IMG/VR virus record: IMGVR_UViG_3300021255_000050
Span: 1 to 64,000 of that record
Length of the DNA: 64,000 bases
Source of the DNA: a virus
Taxonomy: Duplodnaviria > Caudoviricetes
Reading direction: 5' to 3' (one strand)
Shown here: positions 52,641-62,787 of the stretch, one piece after another
Position numbering within the stretch: the stretch's first letter is position 1
How the letters are laid out: each line of letters starts with the position of its first letter
Notes under the pieces: model-generated
The model's database searches: none
Seen by the model: the letters and a program-made list of their open reading frames with translations, nothing else
What the model was told of the DNA's origin: nothing
Translations under genes and position numbers: made by a program

Positions 52641-53192
52641 CAATCTGTGATATGTACAGGCTTCCGCGCAGAACTCCCAGTTGGTTGGCGGCTCTGCGCT
52701 TTTATCTTGACCGATTTTTCCATAGGAGGAAGAAAAATGAGGCTTATAGACGCTGAACCCCTAGAAAATAGGGTAACAGAACTGCGAAAAGTGTTTCGAG
52801 GCGAGGCTCGCGAAGCTCTTGACCTCGTTGCTGCAGCAATAATCAAGGCTCCGACGGCTGAAATCGTAAGCGGAGAGCTTTGCGCCATCCGTTTCAAGGA
52901 AAGGACCGGTAAAAATGCCACGAGCACGTAAGAAACCTGTCGAGATCGAGCCGGAAGAGCACAGCATTATCGTCAGAGTGCCGAAAAATACCATAAAGCT
53001 GGAGATTACAGCGTGGTTTGCTGACGAAAAAGGCGAGGAAATCATAAAAGCAACGAAAAAAACTCTCGCCAGATGACTACCGAAAGTGTCGTAAGCACTT
53101 CGAAGAAGAGGTCGGTGACGAAGATTACGATGCTATATATTGCCTAACCCCTAAGGGAGAAGAATTTCTCAGAGAACTGGAGGAAAAAGACT

Positions 53193-53732
53193 ATGATGAA
53201 CGTGAACGTTGAAGCTCCTTGGTACACTTTCCTGAAAAAGGTCCAGGCCCTTTTCGAAGGCGACCCTGAAATTGTTGTAGAACCGGACCTTACTGAACTT
53301 GAAGGCGGCAACCATGACTATGCCCTGATGATCGGTGTGAAGAACCACGAGAAATATCTCGCGCTGGACAGGATGATGCGCAAGGAACACACCTTTGGCA
53401 ACATCAGCGTCGAGGTTATGCTGTTCGATGAAGAGAATACTGCCAACGAAGAGAACGACCGCATCGAACTGTACCGCACCATCTTCAAGGGCAACCGTAT
53501 CGTGCGTGATGTGAAGGAACAGACCGACTTTACTGGCACAAAGTTTGGCTACGTCCGCTTCGAGCCTGAGGTCATCCAGTTCGATGACGACAACACTGCT
53601 GACTACAGCGGCCTGTGGAATGGTCTCGCCGAAGACATTGCCCGCGAAGTTTTCGTGGATGAGTTCTGCGGTGTCTACTTCTGCACTGTGGACAAGCGTG
53701 AGAACGCCGTTGCTGCTACTGCTGCCGAATAA
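53193..53732 (+). CDS. Acidic hypothetical phage protein
   Basis: GGAGG RBS; 179-aa ORF followed by a terminator. Confidence 0.65.
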   Translation: MMNVNVEAPWYTFLKKVQALFEGDPEIVVEPDLTELEGGNHDYALMIGVKNHEKYLALDRMMRKEHTFGNISVEVMLFDEENTANEENDRIELYRTIFKGNRIVRDVKEQTDFTGTKFGYVRFEPEVIQFDDDNTADYSGLWNGLAEDIAREVFVDEFCGVYFCTVDKRENAVAATAAE

Positions 53733-53745
53733 GAGATAATAAATT

Positions 53746-53788
53746 GACCCGGCCTTGGTTCTTTGTTAGAATCGGGCCGGGTCTTTTT
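53746..53788 (+). terminator. Intrinsic terminator upstream of the integrase
   Basis: GACCCGGCC...GGCCGGGTC-TTTTT. Confidence 0.7.
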
Positions 53789-53800
53789 GGTGGTGATGTT

Positions 53801-55009
53801 ATGGAGATTACACTGGAAAGCCTGAAGAGCCTTATTAATGAGGCTGTTCGCGTGAACCTTGAAAACTGCATGACTACGCTGTTGACATCCGAATCGAAAG
53901 AGAAGGATGAAGATATGAAAAGATTCATGTACACTTACAATGATGGAAACGGCGACGAACAAACAGTAAGAATCTTTGGCAATTCAAGGACAGATGCTGA
54001 TAAAAAATTCCAGGACTTCATTAGCGATATTGATGAGGGCAGCATGACCTTCAGGCAGTTTATCGAGGACTATTATACGCAGGGTTTCCTGCCTAAAAAA
54101 GCTACAACACGCGCAACATACGAGTACTATATCGAGCACTATATGTATCCGATCATCGGTGATATAGAGCTGCTGAAAATAAAAGTGAAGCATGTGCAGC
54201 AGATCATGGACTACCTTGCGAACGGAAAAAAGAATGGGCTGAAGAAAAACATCGTAAGCGGAACCATATCGAGAGTCGTTGGTCTGCTATCTCACATAAT
54301 GCGCATAGCCCAGGCTTCGGATTTAATTCCGGCGAACCCTGTGAAGACCGTACTGCTGCAGAACAGGGGAGAGGAAAGCGGCCACCATATAGCACTCGCT
54401 GATGAGGACATACACTACATCAAGACACAGCTGCCGGAAATGGAAGACGACCACGAGAAGGTTTGCCTTGCGCTTATCGCATACACAGGCTGCAGACCAG
54501 AAGAGATCCGTGGGATTCGGTGGGAAGATGTGGACCTTGCTGAGCGCTATATCAGCATCAAGCGAGCTGTTACATATGCTGGAAAGAAAAACAGGACCAA
54601 TGTTGATACACCAAAGACTGAAGCATCAAAGCGCACCGTATATATCCCGGAGCCTCTGCTGCGAATCCTCGAATCAGTTAAGGATAAGCGTGGCTACCTC
54701 GTGCACGCGATTCGGAATAAGGAGAACCCTATCCCGGAAAGCTCATGGAAGCGCTTGATCAAATCGGGCTTTACAAATCTCGGCATCAGTGGCTGCACGC
54801 CGTATGACTTTAGAGCGACGTTCGCGACACAGTGCAAGGAGAGCGGCATCACAAGCGCACAGGTCGCTGATTTGATGGGCCACGCTGATACGAGGATGGT
54901 CGAGACGGTATATGCAAAGACGAGACACCAGAGCGTTATGAAGCAGAGCGCAAAACTTGAGGCATTGAACGAGCAGTATACCAAGCACGTCACTAAAAAC
55001 GAGGCTTGA
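53801..55009 (+). CDS. int: Tyrosine integrase
   Basis: YTGCRPEE, PKT, YDFRATFAT, LMGH, ETVY. Confidence 0.9.
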   Translation: MEITLESLKSLINEAVRVNLENCMTTLLTSESKEKDEDMKRFMYTYNDGNGDEQTVRIFGNSRTDADKKFQDFISDIDEGSMTFRQFIEDYYTQGFLPKKATTRATYEYYIEHYMYPIIGDIELLKIKVKHVQQIMDYLANGKKNGLKKNIVSGTISRVVGLLSHIMRIAQASDLIPANPVKTVLLQNRGEESGHHIALADEDIHYIKTQLPEMEDDHEKVCLALIAYTGCRPEEIRGIRWEDVDLAERYISIKRAVTYAGKKNRTNVDTPKTEASKRTVYIPEPLLRILESVKDKRGYLVHAIRNKENPIPESSWKRLIKSGFTNLGISGCTPYDFRATFATQCKESGITSAQVADLMGHADTRMVETVYAKTRHQSVMKQSAKLEALNEQYTKHVTKNEA

Positions 55010-55124
55010 GCCGTTGAGATATAAGGCTTCGTGATGCACAAGCACGTCACTTTTTCAGGACCCGCCAATTTAATATTAATAAACAAAAACCGCTGCAGCC
55101 TTATGCCACAACGGTTCCCGACAA

Positions 55125-55168
55125 GTGGGGTTTAGAGGACTCGAACCTCCGACCTTTACGATGTCAAC
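55125..55168 (-). other. Putative attP core matching the 3' half of tRNA-Val(GAC)
   Basis: Minus strand GTTGACATCGTAAAGGTCGGAGGTTCGAGTCCTCTAAACCCCAC gives anticodon loop, T-arm and acceptor with no 5' half; lies just after int. Confidence 0.75.
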
Positions 55169-55263
55169 ACATAGTCATGCCAGCAACGTTGGGTTTACGC
55201 AGTTCGAATCTGCATGCTGGAATCATTCGCGCTCTCTAGATATGTAGAGCGCACAATAAAATA

Positions 55264-55288
55264 GGGGCGTCACGATTTGTGACACCCC
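55264..55288. terminator. Bidirectional terminator between convergent gene blocks
   Basis: GGGGCGTCAC-GATTT-GTGACACCCC flanked by A/T-rich tracts. Confidence 0.6.
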
Positions 55289-55297
55289 ATTTTAATA

Positions 55298-55630
55298 TCA
55301 GCCGTCGGCAGCTTCTTTAATCCCTGCAGCAATCTGCTTAATATCAAGCTCTTGCCATGCGGCGCTAATCGCATTAAGGACTTCGTTAGTTTCGACGTTC
55401 CAACCGTCGGCCTTCAACTGATCGATAGCGCACTTGAGCTTTTCTTCTCCATGGCCGCGACCATACAGAGCCTCGGCAGCTTCAACAGCAATCATCGCAG
55501 CATCAACCAAACCAGCCTGCTCAATGTAGGGCCGGATGGTTCGCCGGTATAGGCGGTTAAACAAGAACGTAACAACAATAATTACTGCGGTAAGGATCGC
55601 AGTCCACGGCAGCTCTTTCAGAAACTCCAT
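55298..55630 (-). CDS. Holin (LL-H type)
   Basis: N-terminal TM helix; AV.AAE.LY..G.GEEK motif. Confidence 0.7.
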   Translation of the reverse strand: MEFLKELPWTAILTAVIIVVTFLFNRLYRRTIRPYIEQAGLVDAAMIAVEAAEALYGRGHGEEKLKCAIDQLKADGWNVETNEVLNAISAAWQELDIKQIAAGIKEAADG

Positions 55631-55642
55631 ACAATCACCTCG

Positions 55643-55894
55643 TTAACCTTCAGTATCATCATCTCTGCGGGCAGTAAAGTTCTCGACACTTGCTCGCCCA
55701 AAGTAGCCCGTAACAACAACACCCGCGAGCGTTGCGAATATCTGGACGAGGCTGGTCACAGCATTAATCTGGTTCGGGTCGCAGCATACGAAGACGCACA
55801 GCGCGATCGCGACGAGTACGAGTATGAAGACGCCAAGGAGCGACCACTTTGTAACGCGCTTGCTGTAAGCGATATATTCTTTTTCAGCTTTCAA
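55643..55894 (-). CDS. Two-TM membrane protein (holin-like)
   Basis: Two hydrophobic segments; GYFGR..EN. Confidence 0.55.
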   Translation of the reverse strand: MKAEKEYIAYSKRVTKWSLLGVFILVLVAIALCVFVCCDPNQINAVTSLVQIFATLAGVVVTGYFGRASVENFTARRDDDTEG

Positions 55895-56360
55895 TTGGAC
55901 ATCCCTTCAGTTTCTCTTTAAAGTCTCCTGGGACATGGTTTCGTCCACCTTTAATATAGGCATCATAAATGCGCTCGAGGGATGCGACCTTTGAAACGCT
56001 GATCGGCTCCTTACGAACGCAGTGCTGCGTGTATGCTTCCATCAGCTGATAGTACGTCAGGGAGGATGACTGTTCCTGAACATCAGCCATAGTCGCTTTA
56101 AGCTCGTCGATTCGCTCGAAGACCTTGTCGATGAGCTTGGCTTGTTCTTCATCTCGCTTGCGGACATTCTTGTCGAGGTTGTCAACAGCTTGCATAATAC
56201 GTGCTTCCATGTCATCATGGTCCACCTTATCTTTCGCTTTCTTTCCAAACCACGCAATGATGAGTTCGATGTTCTTAACGAGACTTACGATAATGGCGAG
56301 GCCAGCGCCGATGGTTACGGCGAGACCCCAGCCTGTTGATAAGAGAGCCTCCATAGGCAT
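55884..56360 (-). CDS. Membrane-anchored coiled-coil lysis-module protein
   Basis: N-terminal TM, coiled coil, Y..Y...G.N C-terminus. Confidence 0.55.
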   Translation of the reverse strand: MPMEALLSTGWGLAVTIGAGLAIIVSLVKNIELIIAWFGKKAKDKVDHDDMEARIMQAVDNLDKNVRKRDEEQAKLIDKVFERIDELKATMADVQEQSSSLTYYQLMEAYTQHCVRKEPISVSKVASLERIYDAYIKGGRNHVPGDFKEKLKGCPIES

Positions 56361-56367
56361 TCCTCCA

Positions 56368-57798
56368 TTAAATTCGGACCCCAGCTTCTTTCATTGCTGC
56401 AGCAAGAGATTTTGCTACAGATTCGCTGAGTGTAATAGTAACGACAGGTTCTACAGCCGGCGGCATCGGTGCGATTTCCTCGCTCGGAACCATTGGTGCA
56501 GCAAGGAATTGAGACATGATGTAGCCGCTCTTTCCGTTAAACGAAACCGGAGTCCAACCACCAGAGGGTTCGCCGGCGGTTACGATGGTGCCAACAGGCA
56601 GCTGCTGGATAATAGCGGCATCGGCGCTCGGCTGGTGCCGGAAATTAACGCTCTTGCCGTTTGCTGATGTAATGACCATGGTCATATGCACATCTTCTTT
56701 CTTTGTAGGGTTAGTATAGTCAATGCCTTTCAGCTCGCCCCAGTGGGACCACGTGGTCACCTTTGATTTGATGACGCCGGTCTTTGCCCCTTGCGCTTCG
56801 ATTACCTCGCCATTGCCAATGTACAGGCCAATGTGGTGGTAGCGCTTCTTCGGGTCTGGGTCGTACTTAAAGACTGCAGTGCCGGGGAGAAGCTCCTTGC
56901 CATCAATGCGCTTGCCGCGGGCGAGGGCGCCATTTGCTGTGCAGCCTTTGGACCAGATGGAGTTCGAGCCGTGGTAAATAGTCTGGCCGTGCTTCTTGAA
57001 AGCGTAAACAAAAAGACCAGAGCAGTCAGTAACGTTGTGGTTGATCCACTTCGAACCATACTTGATCGAGTATGTGTAGTTGGGATCAGAAGCTTTCGTT
57101 TCTTTCAGCCGAGCTTGCTTGGCAGCGGACCACACCTCGCCGCTCGTGCCATAGATGTAGCCGAAGTTGCTGGTGAGAGCATACTCGAATTCGGAGATAA
57201 GTGTTTCAGGAATCATAAGGTCACCACCTTGTATGGTTGATCCGGGATAATAAAAAGCGAGGATTTCCTCGCAGCTTTTGCCATGCTCCGCAGCATAGAT
57301 CGCACCAACCTGGCTCATGCCTACGCCGTGGCCGAGCTTCACACCATCGCTTGCTGCGGAATCCCATTCATCAGGCTGCGAGATAAGGTAAGGTCGCGAC
57401 CCGCCCCAGCGTTCTGCGGATGAAGTTGTGTGGCCGCCGTTCGAGTGCGAGTAGGAGCAGGGCGAGAGCAGCTTATCGTTGTAGGTGAGGACGCGACCGG
57501 CGGTAGCGCGGGCTGCAGTTATGGCATTTGGGTATGTAGTGTTATTAAGCCTTTCAATACGGAAAGCTTGGGCCGACGAAGATGAATCTGAGATAGCTTT
57601 GCCAGCTTGAATATATGAATATGCCAGTGTTCGAGACGCAATTGCTTGGGCTTTACATGCTTCGAGCGGGGCATTGCCAATTTCGGAAGCAACTACGCAG
57701 GAAATATAATCCTCCAGATCAAAATAAATAACGCTGCCCACAGTCGTATGAAAGTAGGCAGCGTTATTTGCGTTGGTAAGTTTTATGTCAATATTCAG
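56368..57798 (-). CDS. Endolysin: SpoIID/LytB + NlpC/P60 + SH3
   Basis: LEDY...VV.SE...EA.KAQAIASRT...GHGVGMSQ.GA...IL.FYY; DCSG...HIGLY; VNFR..PS...GW......GYIM; probable CTG start at 57798. Confidence 0.8.
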   Translation of the reverse strand: MNIDIKLTNANNAAYFHTTVGSVIYFDLEDYISCVVASEIGNAPLEACKAQAIASRTLAYSYIQAGKAISDSSSSAQAFRIERLNNTTYPNAITAARATAGRVLTYNDKLLSPCSYSHSNGGHTTSSAERWGGSRPYLISQPDEWDSAASDGVKLGHGVGMSQVGAIYAAEHGKSCEEILAFYYPGSTIQGGDLMIPETLISEFEYALTSNFGYIYGTSGEVWSAAKQARLKETKASDPNYTYSIKYGSKWINHNVTDCSGLFVYAFKKHGQTIYHGSNSIWSKGCTANGALARGKRIDGKELLPGTAVFKYDPDPKKRYHHIGLYIGNGEVIEAQGAKTGVIKSKVTTWSHWGELKGIDYTNPTKKEDVHMTMVITSANGKSVNFRHQPSADAAIIQQLPVGTIVTAGEPSGGWTPVSFNGKSGYIMSQFLAAPMVPSEEIAPMPPAVEPVVTITLSESVAKSLAAAMKEAGVRI

Positions 57799-57963
57799 AC
57801 GAAAAGATACTCCAACGGGATATTGACATAATGGTTATTGTTATCTGGAGGAAGATCATAACAAGGTCTGTCGTCTATGGCAACATATATTTTGTCACCA
57901 TAAAGAACGACATCATTTTCTTTGAACGACAAGCCGTTCAACCATTCGCCGCGAACAACGTAG

Positions 57964-58092
57964 TTACTCGGCATAAGGTTCACCGACGATTTCTTCATAC
58001 TGTTCAGGAGTGATAACACCCTTCTTGACAGCATTGGCTACCATGGTCTTAGTCCACAGACGCGGATACCACTTCTTAATCTTCTCAAACAT
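57964..58092 (-). CDS. XkdX-family small phage protein
   Basis: MFEKIKKWYPRLWTKTMVANAVKKGVITPEQYEEIVGEPYAE (below the ORF-track cutoff). Confidence 0.8.
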   Translation of the reverse strand: MFEKIKKWYPRLWTKTMVANAVKKGVITPEQYEEIVGEPYAE

Positions 58093-59281
58093 TCTCATCA
58101 ACCTCCACTTCGTCTTCGGGAAGCTCAATATCGGCCATCATAGCGATGTATTCCTGGAAGGCCTCGAACTTCTCCATAGCCAGTTCCATAACGTCATTGC
58201 GCTGCTTCACTCTGGCAGCAACCAGTTCCTTGTTCAGAATCATAGTAACACCCTTTCTTTGTTTAAGGTATAATCTATGCATATTAGAGCGAGCACCGCT
58301 TGTATTACCGTGCTTCGCGTATGCATTCAAACATGTATAACTCTCATTATATTTTCCCAATGGCATTATACCAGCAGAAACTTTACGAATCAACTTCTTC
58401 AGCTTTGACCGCTCACGCTTTGAAGACGCTTTTGAAAGCTTTCTCAAAACCTTACCTGTTCGTGTAAGGATAAAGCGCCACTTGAGAAATACAATGCCTT
58501 GGGATAATTTATAAATACAAGTTTTCTTGTTTAGCGTTAATCCCATCTCAAATAACTTTTCTTTGATTACATTTAAACAATACTGTAGATAAGCCTTATC
58601 TTCATGAATAAGAATAAAATCATCCATGTAACGAATGTAGTGCTTGATATGCAATTTTTCTTTAATGAAGTGGTCAAGATCATCCAGCACAGCAAGTTGT
58701 ATTAATTGACTTACCTGACTGCCAAGACCAATACCACGATCGCTACCAAAAGAATCAATTATATCAACAGTATATTTGTATGCCATGTCGTCTTTTACTC
58801 TTTTGCGAACAGCAGCTTTAGCAACATCATGAGGTGTTTCCGGGAAGAAGTGATGTATATCACACTGCAGAACATATCCATCACAACCGCTTTCTCTATA
58901 GTACTTATGCAAGTGATGGTTCATTCTATCAAGAGCAAACGTTATTCCTTTGCCAACATGACAAGCGCAATTATCATAAATAAAACTTCTTGTAATAGCC
59001 GGAGTAAGAATGTTATCACAAAGAGAACGCTGAAAAGCACGGTCGCGAACACGAGTCGCAACGATTTCTCGCTCTTTGGGTTCGTGAATGGAAAATATCT
59101 GATAAGGACTTATCTTGTATGATCCATCCAAAAGAGATTTGCGCAGCGAATGAACTTCACGTGATAAACTCAAAGAGAATTTGACTACAGAATCTTTCCA
59201 CATAACATTTCTGCAGGATTTCTTCGCACCTATCCAAAGCTGTTCGAAGCTAATTGCTTCTTCAAATGTCTTTATATCCAT
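58085..59281 (-). CDS. DGR reverse transcriptase
   Basis: EPKER, RDR..QRSL, DN.AC..GKG, CDI.HFF, GIGLGSQVSQ (SQ motif), YIRYMDD; adjacent TR and avd. Confidence 0.92.
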   Translation of the reverse strand: MDIKTFEEAISFEQLWIGAKKSCRNVMWKDSVVKFSLSLSREVHSLRKSLLDGSYKISPYQIFSIHEPKEREIVATRVRDRAFQRSLCDNILTPAITRSFIYDNCACHVGKGITFALDRMNHHLHKYYRESGCDGYVLQCDIHHFFPETPHDVAKAAVRKRVKDDMAYKYTVDIIDSFGSDRGIGLGSQVSQLIQLAVLDDLDHFIKEKLHIKHYIRYMDDFILIHEDKAYLQYCLNVIKEKLFEMGLTLNKKTCIYKLSQGIVFLKWRFILTRTGKVLRKLSKASSKRERSKLKKLIRKVSAGIMPLGKYNESYTCLNAYAKHGNTSGARSNMHRLYLKQRKGVTMILNKELVAARVKQRNDVMELAMEKFEAFQEYIAMMADIELPEDEVEVDENV

Positions 59282-59453
59282 AATAAAAGAACTACCGGGT
59301 TAATAGGCTAAGCCCTTGCGGGTTCATATCTTTGTCCCATACGTACAAAGTCACGGCCATCACCGGCTTGTATTCACCCATACAGGTTATGTTGCAAACT
59401 CCCTGAATCATGCACTGATTTCACTTAAACGTTACTTTATTCTCGCTTTGTAT

Positions 59454-59581
59454 CCAGTCCGCGGCCAGCCCGTTCGCGTTGTTCGCATTATTGTTGTTGG
59501 GGGCGCCGGAGGTGTTGACGTTACGCACATTGTTTGCATTAGTCGGGTTAGGACCACGCAACCACCAATTGCGGGCAGCAG
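59454..59581 (-). repeat. DGR template repeat (TR)
   Basis: 128-bp ungapped match to the VR; 21 of 22 mismatches are at TR adenines. Confidence 0.95.
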
Positions 59582-59609
59582 CTTATAGTTTGCAACCTAG
59601 AGTAAACAG

Positions 59610-60119
59610 TTACGCTATCTGTTGTTTCAGCAGAAAATCATTGAGCCTTGCAAGCTCATGAACGATTTGATGCATGACATTTTGCTCCTGGAATATTTTG
59701 GCATCAGAAATAATCTCTGCGTATGATTTGCGATCACCTTTTCTCCAGGCGATAAGCAGCTTGGATGTTTCGTCGATTAGTTCTTGCCAATAGTCCATGC
59801 TAAGATCTTTTAAGTATCCAAGATCAATAGCAAGATTAATGTCAGCCTCAAGAGCTTCTAACGAATTTTGAGCTTCAATCATATAGTCTCTCCGTTTTGT
59901 ATAATCTTCATAAGTTTTTACATTGATTCGGTTTGCTTTTCGAATGTAGCGATATACATCAAGCGCATCATTTTTAAGATCACTACCTATGATCCATCGT
60001 TGCGATTTTGGAATATGTTTTTCGCTTTTCAGCCCAGTTAATACAGTGTATGCAAGCTGCCGGGCTTTAACCGCTACTTGTAGCTTACCTTCACTCCTGT
60101 CATACTTTGGAACAGACAT
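59610..60119 (-). CDS. avd: DGR accessory variability determinant (four-helix bundle)
   Basis: MSVP...R.E...PK..R......I..AN...R...W...D pattern; located between target and TR. Confidence 0.8.
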   Translation of the reverse strand: MSVPKYDRSEGKLQVAVKARQLAYTVLTGLKSEKHIPKSQRWIIGSDLKNDALDVYRYIRKANRINVKTYEDYTKRRDYMIEAQNSLEALEADINLAIDLGYLKDLSMDYWQELIDETSKLLIAWRKGDRKSYAEIISDAKIFQEQNVMHQIVHELARLNDFLLKQQIA

Positions 60120-60139
60120 ATGATTTCACTCCTTTATGC

Positions 60140-60171
60140 GTGTTCCCCACCCCTTGCGGGGCAGGGAACAC
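60140..60171 (-). promoter_or_regulatory. DGR cis hairpin downstream of VR
   Basis: GTGTTCCC..CCCC-GCAA-GGGG..GGGAACAC about 30 bp after the target stop. Confidence 0.7.
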
Positions 60172-60200
60172 TGTAATTCGATTAGAAATTCTACCGGATT

Positions 60201-61634
60201 TTAGATTGCCCAGGCCGCGGCCAGCCCGTACGCGCTGTTCGCAAGATCGCCGTAGGTGGCGCCGGAGGGGCGGACGCAACGCACAAAGTTCGCAAGAGTC
60301 GGGTCAGGACCACGCAACCACCAAATGCGGGCAGCAGAGTTCAGCTTCTTGATTCTGTCAGCATTTGTAGCACCATTGTAGTAAGCATAAGGCACAGTCT
60401 TGCTTGTGGCAGAACCATCGACGCCATAGCTGGTTTCGCTGATGCTGTTATTCTGACCGAAACCGACTTCGGTATTGCTGACAAGGAACACATAGTCTTC
60501 AGTCTCGACGAAACCGTCGCCATCGCAAGTGCCGAGAGCGTGAATCTTCTTAACCTTCTTCATAACCTTGCGCAGTGCAGGATCAATCATGGACAGGAAA
60601 CCAACCATAGTTTCGACGTTGGCGGGCGGGAAATCCCACTCGTTTTGCTTGGTGAACCAGCCGGTCCCGGCGCTGTTCAGACGCTGCCGGATGTTGGACT
60701 GGTCCCAGCGGTTGCAGCCATGCGCCTGCCGCCGAGTATAGTTCATGTGTGCGGTCTTGATGCCGACATCTTCAGCGGTGCAGGTGCCGAGGCTTGTGCC
60801 TTCGGGAGCATCAATGGTTTCCAGCTGCTCAATCTGAATAAAGTTGGGACCGTAGGTAATAAACTTACCAGCCAGAAGAGCTGCGCGGGTATAGGTGTTA
60901 TCGGACCGATATACACCGAGGGTGCTGTGACGAACATAGCCGCCAGCAGGAACGTCCTGCGTTGGAGTGAAACCAATCGTACCATCCTGGCTGGTGGAGT
61001 TGTTGTAGGCGCCCTTCAGCACTTCGATGGTATAGGTGGTGCCGGAGGTAAGGCCGCTGGGATAATCGGTCGGATCAACATAGAAGAGAGCTTCCGGCGC
61101 GTCAAATTGCATATTCTGCAGGCAGTTCAGCATCTGCATAGTCATGCTGTGCTTGAACTCAGAGTTCGCTGGGGTGTCGTAATCGTGGTCCAGCACAACA
61201 ACTTCAACGGAGTTGTCGGTTTCGGTAACAACGATCGTATCGTTAGCATCGGGGGTGCCTTCGAAGGTAATACCGTACTCAGCGATGTTCACGGAGTTGC
61301 CGTTGAGCTTCCACACAACACCATCGTAAACGAACTCGTAGATCTTGTTCGCTACTTCGCCGGCAGCCTGAATGAATAGCACTTCGTTCACGGCGACACT
61401 GGCGATGCTGGAGCTTGTGGTGGTGACGGCCATGCCGGCTTCGATCTCAACGGTTTCGATGGTGCCGGTAGGCATAGCCTTGGCGCCGAGGCCCATATCA
61501 ACGAGGTTGCGCTGGCCAGCGAAGTTGATCTTCTGGTCCACGCCACCGGCCTGTGCAATGGCGATCACATTCAGCGCATTTACGATTTCATGACCAGTGC
61601 TGTCAAGAATGATAGGGTTAGTAATTTCGGACAT
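60201..61634 (-). CDS. DGR target protein (C-type-lectin-fold C-terminus; likely receptor-binding)
   Basis: N.W..S.IRQ.LN, D.VFL.S..E, WWLR.P...G..AA; VR at the 3' end. Confidence 0.85.
   Translation of the reverse strand: MSEITNPIILDSTGHEIVNALNVIAIAQAGGVDQKINFAGQRNLVDMGLGAKAMPTGTIETVEIEAGMAVTTTSSSIASVAVNEVLFIQAAGEVANKIYEFVYDGVVWKLNGNSVNIAEYGITFEGTPDANDTIVVTETDNSVEVVVLDHDYDTPANSEFKHSMTMQMLNCLQNMQFDAPEALFYVDPTDYPSGLTSGTTYTIEVLKGAYNNSTSQDGTIGFTPTQDVPAGGYVRHSTLGVYRSDNTYTRAALLAGKFITYGPNFIQIEQLETIDAPEGTSLGTCTAEDVGIKTAHMNYTRRQAHGCNRWDQSNIRQRLNSAGTGWFTKQNEWDFPPANVETMVGFLSMIDPALRKVMKKVKKIHALGTCDGDGFVETEDYVFLVSNTEVGFGQNNSISETSYGVDGSATSKTVPYAYYNGATNADRIKKLNSAARIWWLRGPDPTLANFVRCVRPSGATYGDLANSAYGLAAAWAI
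60210..60337 (-). repeat. DGR variable repeat (VR)
   Basis: Aligns to TR at constant offset 756. Confidence 0.95.
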
Positions 61635-62787
61635 ATAAAAACACTTCCTTATACAGAATAGGTAATACAAACACGCCCATCGACGATGGACAGGTTTAGC
61701 TTTTCCAGTGCGGTAGTGCGCTCTTCTACAGCGCTGACCACATCTTCTTCGGCGACCAACCGATCGTCGAGGTTTGCTGTATCTTCTTTCAATTGTGCGA
61801 CATCTGCCTTCATATCAATAAATTCCTGCGTTTTCTCCGCAGGAACGAGATGCCCTATAGCTTCTACAATTTTGCGACCAGTGGAGTCCAAAAGAATAGG
61901 ATCACTATGAATCATCTTCCTCATCCTCCCTGTATCTGCAGCAAAGTTTGCCGTTGATTATTTCGAGGCCAAGGTTCTGCAGCAGCGCGTCAATGGCTGT
62001 GTATTCCGGGATAACTTCTTCAAGCAGTCCGGCCACTTTGCCATCGAGTATGTCCACAGCTTCATCGAGGTCTACGAGCTTTTGTTTTTCTTCTGGTGAT
62101 GTGTGAATTGTCGCGTCAGCAATGTGAGCAGCTACGGCAGATCCAGAACCCGAGCCGCCGCTTTTTCTGGCAAGAGCAAGAGTGAGTATATCCATATGCA
62201 TCACTCTCCAATAGGCTGCCAGACTCTGTTGATATCGAGCATCCAGATATTTGCGAGGTCAGCTGTATAAGCAATGCTGCCGGGAGCAAGCTTCATTTCG
62301 GCAGCATCGGGCAGATCATTTTCGCCGTCAACAAGGAGCTCAAGCAGATCAGCCAGCGCACTTTCGCCGTTTCGTTTTACCGCGGTATAGCTCATAACAT
62401 CACTCCTTCAGTACCTGGCACAGTTCGCCGTTGCTGTTAACGACGAAGCCAAGTGCTTCAAGAGCGTCTGCAAGCAGGCCATCAGCGTTCTCACGGATAG
62501 CTGCTTCGGAGTTGACAGAAGCATGAATGTTTTCGGCGACCGTGTCGTAGCCTGTGTCGAGGACGACCTTGCCAACTACTTCATCGAGGTCTTCCTGGAT
62601 TGCTGGGACGGTCGTATTAGCCAACTGCTCAATAGCTGTGGTATTGGCGGCAATCTGGTTTTCCTGCTGGTTGTGGTCGGCAGAATAGATGATGTCGCCT
62701 GGGTTGCGAATTTGTGTGTTGTAGGCCATAGAAACACTCCTTTCTATGAGTATATAAACAACTGCAGCGCGTCGAACTACAGTACGT

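Noticed and set aside
55125-55168. Functional tRNA-Val gene
   Set aside because: Only the 3' half is present; better explained as the attP core.
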